Below are positions 48,618 through 61,712 of a stretch of DNA of 64,000 nucleotides, one piece after another. The stretch covers positions 14,446,001 to 14,510,000 of the forward strand of contig NC_043012.1 in assembly GCF_006345805.1 (NCBI RefSeq). The letters are read 5' to 3'. How positions within the stretch are numbered: the first letter of the stretch is position 1; each line of letters starts with the position of its first letter. Both the position numbers and the translations under genes were made by a program. Below the pieces are notes generated by a model. The model had not been told where the DNA came from and did not search any database. It saw only the letters and a program-made list of their open reading frames with translations. The DNA is from Octopus sinensis. Its lineage: Eukaryota.

Positions 48618-50269
48618 TATAAACACACACACACACACACATTTATATATATATGGGAACGTTAAATATATGGGAACTTATATCTATTTCCTATTTATTA
48701 TACCACTTAACCTTTACCCCTATTTTATCATCACCTAACCTCTTGTATAAATGCCTATTATTTCTATCATAACTGATGCGAGAACACAAAAGCCTTAGGT
48801 TTTCTACTATATAGTATTTTCCCCCTAATAACCACTTCAAATCCTAAGTCAATTCTAGCTTTTCCTATTTTGTTTGCTTTCTTTTCCCTCTAGCACCTTT
48901 TATACCATGGATGTATTAGTCAGCACTTGCTAGAATTTGGACTTATTTCGTTACTAACATATTGTTCATTTCTCCACTCACTGCCCTTCCCCATTTTAAT
49001 GTACATTATCAGCCCTACATATTTGCAAATAATATTACCCCCATGTTTGATTTATTCACCTTTTTCGTTTTATTTTTTATTATATGTTATTTTTTCTGTA
49101 TTTTATTGTACTCTATGTCCACCTTCCCCCACCTTACATTGTATGTGTCTGTTTGTTTTTGGAACCATGTTAGTTGGGCTTACCAGAAGATAGTTGTATA
49201 AATTTGTGGTACTATGTAGAACGGTGTGTTGCCCGCTGATTGAAATTGTATGGCTGCACCCACTTAGAGTTAATATATTGACTATAACTTTTATATTATT
49301 AGGTTTATTGATAAGAATAATCTAATTTTAGGATCATATAATATAAGCACAACCTGTTGATTGTAATAATATTTTTTGCACCCACTTTGAGTTACTATAA
49401 CTTTCGTTTATAATTTTTAATGATTAGATTTAATTAGTATTTCATTCTTATCTGAGGATATTTGTTATAGCTTTTTAAGTATGTTTAGTAAATTGTATTG
49501 AGGTAATTTTATTCATAGTATTCATTTGCCAGTGGGTATAACTCGTGACCTCGGTTCAAATTGTAACTGACCAACTATAGAGACCGCTGGACTTAGACTT
49601 GCCCCATTGTAGACCATTGGTGGGATTCTTGGTAATAATTTCTGTGAGTAAATTATCTTAAGCACCCTACGCTAATTGTTTTTAGACACATTTACTTGAG
49701 TATATTTCGTGCCACCCTTTGATAATATGTTAGTAATTTTCCTTCTATTTATTTTCATAAATTTTTTAAACATCCTGAACCCACCCGCCGCCCTTAAATT
49801 TCAACTTACCCTATTGTTGTATTCCTTAGATCATTACTAGCTCACCCTTCTACCTGCGGACCTCGTAGCCCCTAGACAGTAGATTATATGCTTTTACCAT
49901 ATTGGGCTTCTAAACATTTTTCTATGCCATGTTTTCTTTCCTTTTCCTTCTTCCCTTTCTTTATATTATATACTCTTGTTTTGTTTTTTATTCTGATGAA
50001 GCTCTGTGCCTTAATTTAAGTGTCTATGAAGATGAGAACTTTATTCTCGCATTTATTTATAGACAGCATTTATATACATACATATACATCGCCATGATAG
50101 ATCGGTAGCCACTAGACACTTTTTTTCTCTCCTTTCTTTCTGTGTTCCTTTCTGTGGAAGAGCGTAGGCTCATAACGTTAAAGGCTTTCAATTTCCGAGC
50201 GTTATACTAATACCTCTGTTTGTTTTCTACACCACCTGTCTTCGTCTTTTGTTTTTTTCATGAATTCTC

Positions 50270-50464
50270 CCTATATATATACAGATATGCATACATACAT
50301 ATATATGTACACACACACACATATATATACACATAAATATACATAAATATATATATATACATATATTTATATATGTATAAATATACATGTACATGCATAC
50401 ATATACATACATACATACACATACGTAAATATAAATACATATTCATACATATACACACATACAT

Positions 50465-50529
<65 letters not shown>

Positions 50530-50579
50530 AAGATATAAATATATACATATATATATACATTCTCAGTTTTATATAAACA

Positions 50580-50612
<33 letters not shown>

Positions 50613-50660
50613 TATGTATGTATGTATGTATGTATGTATGTATGTATACAATTACGTATG
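50270..50660. repeat. Compound (TA/CA/TATG)n microsatellite
   Basis: Directly visible. Confidence 0.95.
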
Positions 50661-51406
50661 TATGTGTATATAAATAGATATACATATACAACATAATAAA
50701 ATATTGTGTGTGTATGAGTGTGTATGTACTTACATACCTCTCGTGCTTGAAATAGAGAAAATGGCGTCAATTTTTTCTAAATTTTATATATATATGAGCA
50801 ATTTTACTAAACAACATCAAATCAAAGTATAATATCTTCTGCAACGGAAATTAATAATTATTTTCAATGAAATATAGAAAAACACCGACAATTCCTGTAC
50901 ATATATTCACATTTGTGATAGCGGGCGTGATAATTTGAAAAGCTAATTTCTATTTACCTTTTGCTTTTTATTTTTATATTTCACAAGAATTTTACATGAC
51001 ACAAAATAGGATCTCGTTATTCATTCTACACCTAATTTTGGTTAGTCTAAACATAAAGTTTTGAAGACTATCTTCAAAGTTTGTTCGTTAAATGATTCTT
51101 TTGATGATTTTTTTTTTTTAATTTTATTTTGAGCTCCATGTGTTTTGCCTTCTATATTTTTCTATGTATAGAAATTATCAGGAAGTAAATGTAAAAATGG
51201 AAGCTTTAGTTCCTTATCAATTGGTTCGTTTTATAGCTTTAAAGCAAGTTCATAAACACAGCTGAGGAATATGCTTTAAGCAATCCTCATAAATTTTCTA
51301 TTCATATTTTTCCATGATTATCAGTTGTTATCTTGCTGTGGACATTACGATACAAAAATCTCAGCTTTAGTGTGTTTGCTGAATTATATACCATTTTGTT
51401 TTTCAG

Positions 51407-51688
51407 GTGAACTTACAACTGTTGATATAATTACACGTGAGCCACAACAGGAAACATATACACTCGATTTACAGATAATTGATTCAGGGGAACCCCGTCT
51501 TTCTTCTAAAGGTCAAGTTATTATCCACACGTCGGTGAATAAACCACCAGCTGTCATGAAGAGACATTACTTTAAAGTACAAGAAAATGTTACACCAGGT
51601 TTCACTGTAGGCAAAATTAATGCTTCTGATCCTAATAATAACAGAAGTATGAAGGAGAAACTGAAATTTTCAATCTCCGACGCTGACA
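51407..51688 (+). CDS. Cadherin-repeat protein, exon 7 (282 nt, phase 1/1)
   Basis: tttttcAG acceptor and A|gtaaga donor. ELTTVDIITREPQQETYTLDLQIIDSGEPRLSSKGQVIIHTSVNKPP...VQENVTPGFTVGKINASDPNNN...LKFSISDAD. Confidence 0.92.
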
Positions 51689-52999
51689 GTAAGAACATAT
51701 TCATTTCTATTTATTTTTGTAAACGTGGCTCAGGAAATTCGCCATTTAAATCACAATTACAAACATTGAATTCAAGCCTTTGTTGCTTCAATTTACCTTA
51801 ATTTACCTTAATGGCTTCTAACTCTTCTGTTGTGCGAATTCTCGCTTGTGCTCTGAAATCCTTAATAATGTTAAAAGTCAAATTGAATTTAAACTCTTTT
51901 TTAAAAAAATTATATGTCTGTGTACCTGTGATTGTCCCCCACCAGCACTTGACAAGCGGTGCTGATGTGTTTATGTCATCTGATTTTCATTAATGGGTCT
52001 TTTTTTACATTGTTTTTCTTTATACAACTCACTCTTTTTTGTATAATTTCAATACGAAGAAGGATTCTTACCTCAGTATATAATTATAGAGGGTAGTGAA
52101 AATAACATAGTCTCCAATGAATAACAACGCCTCAGACCTGGGGCCTTTCTTTTATTTATAGCATATCAATGTGAAAAAGCTGCTACGGGGTCACCTGAAC
52201 TACAAGAAATAGTAGTCTAATCTCTCTCATCTTAGTGTCTTAAAAAATTACTAAACTGTGGGGTCTAAATTACGCGTTGGATAATGTACTTAAGAGTTCA
52301 GAGCGCCGCGAAAGCGAAACGATTAGACGCTTATCATGGTTCAGCTCGATGAGTATTGAGACGAGAGTGGCTACACAAGAATCTCATTTTCCTTTCGTTA
52401 GCACGCCAGACAAAATGCTTAGCGGCATTCGGTTTGTCTGTACCTTCTGAATTCAAATTCCGCCGGGGTCGACTTCACCTTTTATCCTTTCAGAAACGAT
52501 TATTATGAAGCATCATTAACTTATTTTTGAATAAGTGTACACTAAAAAGAGCTACAATTGTCAAGCATTGTACAACATTTTCTTTATATTTTTCCGGCTT
52601 CTTAACGTCAATTATAATGAAGTAGTTCAAATTATTCTCATTCATCATACGTATTGAAAAGGAATTTCTTTTCAAAAGAAAATGAAAAAAATGGAAGTAA
52701 ATAAATCATGAGTGAAGTACGCGAAGAAAATATTTGAGAGTCTGGAAAAGAAAATCAAAATAATTCGTTTCTTCAAACGTCTTATTTTAGAATATACCAG
52801 AATATCTAGTAAGATTATGGTATAGAAGTTGCTGTATATTAAAAGTAGACTTCAAATGTACACTTTAAGAACCCAACTTCGATTTTGTATTATTTCACTA
52901 GACGTACACTCTTAATTCTATTGAGAGCTGCATTTACACAACAAATCTCACTTTTCCATAAAGCACGGGATACTGTTACTATTGAGTTCAAATTCAGGT

Positions 53000-53782
53000 A
53001 CAAGGCCAGCAATTTTGGAGGGAGGTGTCTAGTAGATTACATCAACCCCGGAGCTCAATTGATGTTTATTTTATCGATCCCGAAGACATGAAAGGAAAAG
53101 TCGACCATAAAGATGGAGGCAATGCCGCTGAACATTTTTTCCTGGCGTGCTAATGATTCTGCCAGCTCGCCGCCTTAGGATAGTGTTACCATTCCTTTCT
53201 TCTATAAGCACAAGGCCTGAAATTTTGGGGTAGGGGGAAGAGTCGATCACATTTAAACCAGTGCTTAACTGGTACTTATTTTATCGACTTCGGTAGGATG
53301 GAAGGCAAAGTCGATCTTCGCGGAATTTCAACTTAGAATGTAAAGACGGACAAAATGCCGCTAAGCATTTTTCCCGGTGTACTAGAGATTCTTTTCTTTT
53401 CTAGGCACAAGGCCCGAAATTTTGGGGGAGGGGCAACTCGATTATATCGACCCCTGTACACAACTGGTACTTAATTTATCGACCCCGAAAGGATGAAAGG
53501 CAAAGTTGACCTCGGCGGAATTTGAACTCAGAGCATAAAGACGAATGAAATACCTATTTCTTTACTACCCGCAGGGGGCTAAACACAGAGAGGACAAAGA
53601 AGGACACACAAAGGGATTAAGTCGATTATATGGAACCCAGTGCGTAACTGGTACTTATTTATTCGACCCCGAAAGGATGAAAGGCAAAGTCGACCTCGGC
53701 GGAATTTGAACTCAGCACGTAACGGCAGAAATACCGCTAAGCATTTCGCCCGGCGTGCTAACGTTTCTGCCAGTTCACCGCC
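53000..53782 (-). mobile_element. Stack of four same-orientation family A SINE copies
   Basis: Units at ~53000-53178, 53190-53392, 53392-53548 and 53552-53782. Confidence 0.85.
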
Positions 53783-54667
53783 TGTGTTAATATTGATAAT
53801 TAATGTTTTATGTTTTCACATAAATGTAAATGTTAAACAACTTATATCAACATGTAAAGAGTGTAGACATGGCTATGCGATCGATATCGATAATGTTGAA
53901 AGTTTATTCAAAAAGTTATCAAACTTCCTATCCACATATGATCATATAAACTCGGTGTTTCTCTCTGGAGAAGAAATTTAATAACCAACAGCCATTCTGA
54001 GATGTATTAGAGCAAAAGAAGTAATAAACATGTTAGAATGAATATAACTATACATAAACATTGCTAAAGGGAAGCTTACAGCAAGTAATGAATTGAAGAA
54101 AGACTGTGCTTAATAAAATATACATTAGTTAGTGTTAATAACCATTTATTCCAGGCGAATATAAATCTATGTTTCTCTAAACATATTTCACGACGTGAAA
54201 CGCAAATTCTGTCTGTATAAGAGCATGTTGTAATTGTCTATTTTACTTTCTGTATAAGTGACTCAATATAGTCTAATAATGGGGTATATAAGCCCTCGAC
54301 AGAAAAAAGTAGGTTTTTCTTATAAAATAATATTATTATTATTATTTACTGAATTTTAAACACCAACACTGCTTAAAAACCCATTTGCAGTAAAAGCAAA
54401 TGGAAATTTGTTTACAAAAACAACTGCGAATTAATTAAAGTTCTTAAATCTGACAGAAAAAAAGCTGGTTGGTTCCCTAGCGTAATCAGTAGCACACTTG
54501 GAAGACCAACTTTTTTCCGTCGAAGGTTTATATGCCCCATTATTAGACCATTCTCTTTAGTCATTGCGCGGTTATCGCTATAATCTTCAAGCTTATAAAA
54601 TATTATTATCATTATTTGCAGAATTGTAAAAACCAATACTGCTAAAAAAACAATTTATAGTAAAAGC

Positions 54668-54790
<123 letters not shown>

Positions 54791-55798
54791 GCAGGTTGCT
54801 GTGTTGTAAGAAGTTTGCTACTCAACTACAAGATTCTGGGTTCATCTCACTATGTGGCACCTTGGGCAGGTGTGTACTACAGTCTCGAGCCGACCCAAAA
54901 TTCGTGGATGGATGTGCTAAATGGAGACTGAAAGAAGCCAGTCTTGTGTGTGTGTGTCTATTTGTCTGTGTGTGTCTTTGTGTTTGTGCTTGTCCCTACC
55001 AATGCTTGACAACAGGTGTAGGTGTCTACGTAGATGAAAGACGTACCATAGACGCGTTGTTGGTGTCTTCTCTGTTAACTTTTTCCACTTCTGTCTAAGG
55101 ACTTTGACCCGATATTTCATGTGGTAATATTTGCATATACCAAATTCGTAAAAGGGCATATATAACACACGTGTCCAAGATTCAACATTGCGAGGGTCCT
55201 GACTGGTAAGCGAATTTCTTAACCGTCGGATCATGTTGCGTCTACATGACATTTGCTATAGTTTTAGTTTGGCTAAAGACCCTAAGATTTTTAAGTGAAA
55301 TTTCGAAGACGGAAACTTTATGGAAGCCTATCGAACAGATCAGCGCTTTTCAACCACATTTGCCTATGAATTCCTTTGATTCGTATTTTACTCAGGGATG
55401 AATCGTCATTGCCATCTGATGTCTAAAAACTTCTATTATATTTTTATGATTAAATATTATTAAGAGTTGTATAAAAAAAACATTTTGAATATTTTGTGTA
55501 TTGTAGAAATATACCCAGTTTATTGCACATAAATGTTAAGGATCTTATAGGGACCCCCAAGAGTCATATGAACCCCAGTTGAGAACCGATGGTATAAAAT
55601 ATATTTGAAATTCAAATATCCAGTCTTGTTATATCGTGTTTCACGCTGTTTCTTGCCCTAGGATTACATTGAAGTACATGAATCTATGGAACACTCAGCC
55701 ATTTGTATTCTAATTCGATATTTAAATGATTAAGTTGATCGAACCTAAAACTCTCAATCTAGAATGCCTACCCAGCCGTGATCTTTGTTTGCTTTTTT

Positions 55799-56211
55799 GG
55801 ATCTTTGCGGTTTGAACGGCAGTTTTTTAAAATAATTTCCACGTAACTAAACACTTTTAAACTTCGTATACTGGTAGAATGTGTTTATAAAACATCTTTT
55901 TCTCTTGGCTTTATTGAGAAAATTCTGTAGTTTGTAAGAAATTTGTTGTTTCTTTCTTCAATTTCAACTAATCAATAACGTCTATTGAGGTGAAAACATT
56001 ATGTGCCATATGAATATGTCCCTCGTTTAAGAAATAGATTGGGTTTATTTACATTTCTGAAGAAAAAAAGATACCCTTCCCCCCACTCCTAATCCTAACC
56101 CTAACCCTAAAACAGATTGAAATGCAATAGATCGATACTAGGGTCATAATTATGGGTAACAATTTCATATGACACCGCTAGAAAAAACTGCCGTTCAAAC
56201 AGAAAAGATCC
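55799..56211. mobile_element. GGATC-TIR MITE, complete, opposite orientation to the 39914 copy
   Basis: Same TIRs; flanks GCTTTTTT and GCTTTTTG; internal CCTAACCCTAACCCTAA. Confidence 0.9.
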
Positions 56212-56256
56212 GCTTTTTGTTTTTTTCATTAATAACTTATATGTATACATTTTCAG

Positions 56257-56510
56257 ATTTACCCTTTACTATCGACGAAAATACGGGAATGGTGGCTACT
56301 AAAACATTGCTCGACGCGGAGACAACCTTAAGCTATACATTTCAGATATTGGTAGCAGATAGTGGATATCCTTCAAATACCGTTTCGTCAACTGTAAGCG
56401 TTGATATTATCGATGTTAATGATAATCCACCAAAATTCTCTCAGCAGTTATATTTTGCAAGTCTCGTTGAAGATAATTCTGAGCCAATTCAAGACCAACA
56501 AGTAAAGTTT
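56257..56510 (+). CDS. Cadherin-repeat protein, exon 8
   Basis: ttttcAG acceptor and TTT|gtaagt donor (weaker alternative at 56502). LPFTIDENTGMVAT...LDAE...VADSGYP...VDIIDVNDNPPKFSQQLY...EDN. Confidence 0.92.
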
Positions 56511-57139
56511 GTAAGTACTTTTTAGATTATTGCTGTCAGTGTTGCTTTTCTTTGCTGTCGATGTTGCTTGTAGTTGTTCCCGTCGTTGATGTTCATGTAG
56601 TTCCTTTACTGCGTATTATTTTATTACAGAATTTTTTTTTATTTGCTAAGGAAGGTATTTATAAATGAACACTTCGGGCGAATTTAACAACTTGTCAACC
56701 AGTAATATTGACCTATAATTTCTAATGTCAGATATTTTACTTAAAAGACAAGAAAAATTCACATCGCAAACGTGTTGCTAACAGCAATTGATGTTATGCA
56801 AAAAGTAGGATGAAATACTCACTTTTTACAGTTTATTTTTATTGTTTTTGTTTGGAGATATTGGTAGTAGTGATCTTGTGTTTTTTTCTGTTGCAGTTTT
56901 GTATTTCGCAGTCGTTTCTGTTAAAAACGTATTGCTGTATATACATTCTAATCAAATTTCGAAAGTTCTGTGCACGTATTACCTAAATATCTCGTGTTTT
57001 TGCCTATTTCCGTTGAATCTAACTATCTATAAATCAAACACAACGAGGCCGAAAACACCGCGCTGTCTCGAAGACCCCTTATGCTCGTGAATCTTGCCGG
57101 TTATGAACAAACGTCGTTTAAAGGGAGATGATCTCCGAC

Positions 57140-57432
57140 AGTGGAGGCACATGGCCTAGTGGTTAGAGCAGAGGACTCGCGGTCGAGGGATCACGGGTTC
57201 GAATCTCAGACCGGGCGATGTGTGTGTTTATGAGCGAAACACCTAAGCTCCACACGGCTCCGGCAGAAGGGAATGGCAAACTTCTGCTGATTCTTTCGCC
57301 GCAACTTTCTCTCACTCTTTCCTCCTGCATCTTGCAGCTCACCTGCGACGGACCGGCGTCCTGTCCAGGTTGGGAACCTATACACCAAGGAAACCGGGAG
57401 ACCGGCCCTTATGAGCCAGGCATGGCTCGAGA
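57140..57432 (+). mobile_element. tRNA-derived SINE with V-domain-like segment and 14-bp TSD
   Basis: TGGCCTAGTGG and GGTTCGAATC boxes; TGCGACGGACCGGCGTCCTGTCCAGG; TSD AGATGATCTC(C/T)GAC at 57126 and 57433. Confidence 0.85.
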
Positions 57433-58434
57433 AGATGATCTCTGACGAAGAAAAACAATAGCGATCAGATATTCATAATAATAGATAGTAACTGGATTAT
57501 GCGTATATACAATTAATTATTAAATATCAATATTGCTCTTTAAGATTTCTCTACTTCGGTAATCAAACATTTTTGTGTTGTAGAGTATTTACAGGTTATT
57601 CGTCTTGTGTTTTCTATTCAGCTCTTTTAATTACGGTATGAAGATTTCATTATTGACAGCTAATAACAATTTCAGAGCACTTACAACAGAAAGTTCTTGA
57701 ACTAATTTAAGATCTTCAGATAATTAAGCTCATATTTCCTGTTTCTGCTTTGTTCCAATATCCTACAAGACTGTGACATTGTGATATTAACAGTATTAAA
57801 ATTCTCTAATAGAATGAAAAGTTGTCAGCGAGAACGCAGTCAGGGAATGTATAAGATACAGAAAAATAAAACATCTAAAAGCTATAATAATATTGCGAAA
57901 AATGAAATTTATTAGTTTAGAAATTCTTTATTTCAAGAAACAAAAATATGCAAATCCGAAATTGTTAAAGTTTGTTTCTCTTCCTCCATTTTTTCTCCAT
58001 AATTTTTCTATTTATTTCCTGGCACTTTGCTTGCTGCTAAGTGTTAATGCATCCAGTGTAAATGGAATTGTGCAAATGGGCTTGTTCTATTAATATCTTC
58101 CTTTCAATGCTTGAAATATCGAATAACAAAGACTGAGAGACGAAAAATACTGAAACTGTTTATTTATTTATTTATTTTATACAAAGAGAGTAACTAAGGA
58201 AATGAAGAAGATAACTGCTACTAGGATAAATTAATAGGTTTGATAGTGAGGTGGGACAGGCAGAAATGGAGGGAGAGCTATTGCAAAGGTTTTCATCACA
58301 AAAATAAATGTATTAAACAAAAACCTTATCTTCAACATATGCATATGCTGATAAATGCGCATACACGCAGATACATACATACTGCACACATATGTGCATA
58401 TGACGACATGTCTTATGTAGGCACGAGTGTACGC

Positions 58435-58511
<77 letters not shown>

Positions 58512-58529
58512 TATATATATATATATATA

Positions 58530-58740
58530 TATTTCTTTATTACCCACAAGGGGCTAAACATAGAGGGGACAAACAAAGGATTGAGTCGATTACATCGACC
58601 CCAGTGCGAAACTGGTACTTTATTTATCGACCCCGAGAGGATGAAAGGCAAAGTCGACCTCGGCGGAATTTGAACTCAGAACGTAACGGCAGACGAAATA
58701 CGGCTACGCATTTCGACCGGCGTGTTAACCTTTCTACCAA
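58530..58740 (-). mobile_element. SINE family A, tail type a, next to (TA)n
   Basis: Near-consensus copy. Confidence 0.9.
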
Positions 58741-58831
58741 CTCAAATAAAATTCGCAGGCGACTTGGAGGAAAGTCGAACTTGGAATTACAAATATCCTA
58801 CAACTCTACGAATTTCTCCAAATAGCCTGCA

Positions 58832-58899
<68 letters not shown>

Positions 58900-59529
58900 A
58901 CGTGCACATGTATAGGAAAACCATACAAATCTTTTAGATATATAAATATGTAAAAGATAATATGTAAATATATAAATATAAAATACAAAATATAACTACG
59001 CCGCTTGATACTTCCAGCAGGCTCCAACAGTCTGTGTCCGTAGCTCAGAAGATACACAAGCGAGTTCACCAAGCCAAGTTGCTTAGCGAAAAAGAAGTGA
59101 GAAGAGTTGAAAATAACAAAGAAAAGCCGTTGCGCATAAGCAAAATGACATAACTTTAATTCAGAGGCGAACAAGCATTAATGGAATGTATTTCAGAGAG
59201 TTATTTCATTGACATCTGGAATGTATCGACTTCTTTTGGTGAGCTCTTTTATTCACCAGTCTAATTATTTATTTTCTATCTCATTTTTTCCAACTGGACT
59301 CTGTTACTTCTGAACTCATGTTAGTCCGGTACTAGCTTCATTCTCTGCATTCTTTACGTTGCCAAGTTCACTGACTATTTTCACATTTAGTTCAAAACTT
59401 TCCACCTTACAAAGATGCTGCTGTTCACATTAACCGACTCACATTCACTTTCGCATCGAACCGACTTGTAACCGTTCTCCTCGCAGTAAAAACGCCACTG
59501 TTCACACTAACCACTGATGCCTGACTATT

Positions 59530-60660
59530 TCATCCTCCGTTTCGGACTCTTTTCTTTCGCTTTCTGCCTCTTTAGCCTTTTCTGGTCCTTTTCAGGTGAG
59601 GTTCCTTTTCTGGGGGAGGTTTGCACTCTGATCTAAAGTGGCCTTTTTTGCCACATTTAAAGCATCGGAGCTTCCTCGCCTCGACCATCACACGCAGATG
59701 CACTTCCCCCACCTGAAATGTTTCAATAATTTGTCTAAATCTTCATGGGCCACCTGAAACATTAATTCAAGGCTCTGCCCCTGCCTGTGCTGAGAATCCG
59801 TGGCTTGTCCCTGGGTGATCATAATTTTGTCCTCCAGGCCCCTTGTAATAACCGCTATCAGCCATGCATGGTCCACTTCTGGTGGTATATCTCCCACCCA
59901 GACCCTGGAAGTACGTCTTCCGAGATACGTAGGCAGGAGTACGATTTCTCTCGTCTTTAACGAACTGGTCGACACCAGCTTGGCTTTCTCCTCGGGTTGA
60001 AACCTTACTTCTGTGGTTGGGAACCTCTGACCTCTAGTTGCAGACTCTATGCCGTCCCAAACGGGTCTTAGACAGCGCTCCACTTCATATTTGGTAACTA
60101 TGTCCAGTTTTTTCGACTTCATTGTAAATGTTTTGTAAATAGCAGTGCTAAGCTTTGCTTTGAGGGCGACCTCCCTGGGAGGGGCGACTTTAACTTCGTC
60201 TCCCTCCCTTAGTAACATTTCTTTAAATTTGGCAATTCCTTCTTTTCCATATGCTACGTCACTTTTCTTAACTCCAGTGGCTTGTGCAATGTTTTTTTTA
60301 TTTTCATAAACTCCTCCGCTGTAAGCATATTCCTTAATTCTGTAGAAAGAACAGTTGTACTAGTACTTGGTCTGTAATTCGTGGTACTTAGTTCATGATA
60401 CGAACATTTGGTTTTGGTTGGTGATTTCGCCACTTTTTTGTAAAAAGATTTTTTCCTCTTTTTCGTAGGTTTCCCCACAGGGGGGAAACAACGTAGCACA
60501 AGTTTGTCTAGGGAGATAACACAATTGTTTCTAACAAAACAAATTAACAAATTAAACAACAGTTCAAACAAACACAACAAACAACAGTACACCAACCCTC
60601 AAAAACAAAAGCTCAGCAAAGTGAGACACACATAGATGGAATGACGACTCCCAGTACGGA
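59530..60660 (-). pseudogene. Second ORF1/Gag-like element (RRM-like + CCHC), frameshifted, no ORF2 visible
   Basis: 176-aa ORF plus frameshifted CFKCGKKGHFRSEC at 59623-59664; aligns without gaps to the 24-25 kb copy over ~125 aa. Confidence 0.8.
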
Positions 60661-61004
60661 CTTATATATTATATAACAAAAGAGGGGGTGGTGTTTCCAC
60701 GCAGGAAAAAATATAGGAAAATATGTTGTTGAAAATGCACCTAAAATATGTCAGCAAGTAGCCATGTTTGTTTTTATATTCAGTTAAAATAAAAACAATT
60801 TTACATCAATCTAATTGATAACTCTATACTTTTGGTAGAGTACACATTTATTATTCTTAAACAAGAATGCTAAATAGTGACTTCGAACTAAGCCATCGTC
60901 GGGCAATGGCAGTCCGACGATAGCTTAGCTCGTCAAAACTTCTAAAGTCACTGTCAACAACATTCTTGTTTAAAATCTTAACTATATATGTATATGTTTG
61001 TATA

Positions 61005-61232
61005 AGGCAGCGAGCTGGCAGAAACGTTAGCACGCCGGGCGAAATGCTTAGCGGTATTTCGTCTGCCATTACGTTCTGAGTTCAAATTCCGCCGAGGTCG
61101 ACTTTGCCTTTCATTCTTTCGGGGTCGATAAATAAAGTACCAGCTACGCACTAGGGTCGATGTAATCGACTTAATCCGTTTGTCTGTCCTTGTTTGTCCC
61201 CTCTGTGTTTAGCCTCTTGTGGGTAGTAAAGA
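61005..61232 (+). mobile_element. SINE family A, tail type a
   Basis: Near-consensus copy followed by (TA)n. Confidence 0.9.
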
Positions 61233-61324
61233 AATATATATATATGTATATGTGTGTATACATACGTATGTGTGTGCACGCATGTGCATTTGTGTTTTTA
61301 TATGAATATACTATTTTTTTATTC

Positions 61325-61712
61325 TTTTATTCTTTTACTTGTTTCAGTCATTGTACTGTGGCCATAGCCTTTAGTCGAGCAAATCGCCCCCAGGACCTAT
61401 TCTTTGTAAGCCTAGTACTCATTCTATCGGTTTCTTTAGCCGAACTGCTAAGTTACGGGGACGTAAACGCATCAGCATCGGTTATCGATCGATGCTAGAG
61501 GGACAAACACAGACACACGCACACACATACATACACACACACACACACACGGCGAGCCTCTTTCAGTTTCCGTCTACCAAATCCACTCACAAAGCTTTGG
61601 TCGGCCCTAGGCTATATTTGAAGACACTTGACCAAGGTGCCACGCAATGGGACCGAATCCGGAACCATGTGTTTGGTAAGCAAGCTTCTTACCACACAGC
61701 AATTCCTGCGCT
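61325..61712 (-). mobile_element. SINE family B copy
   Basis: Full family B structure. Confidence 0.88.

Noticed and set aside
57141-57215. tRNA gene (also the head at 2757)
   Set aside because: A and B boxes are present, but the sequence continues into a SINE body (with a TSD at 57140) and I could not build a full cloverleaf.
58912-60721. TATAGGAAAA as TSD or LTR boundary of the second ORF1 element
   Set aside because: A 10-bp AT-rich match is expected by chance, and no longer terminal repeat was found.
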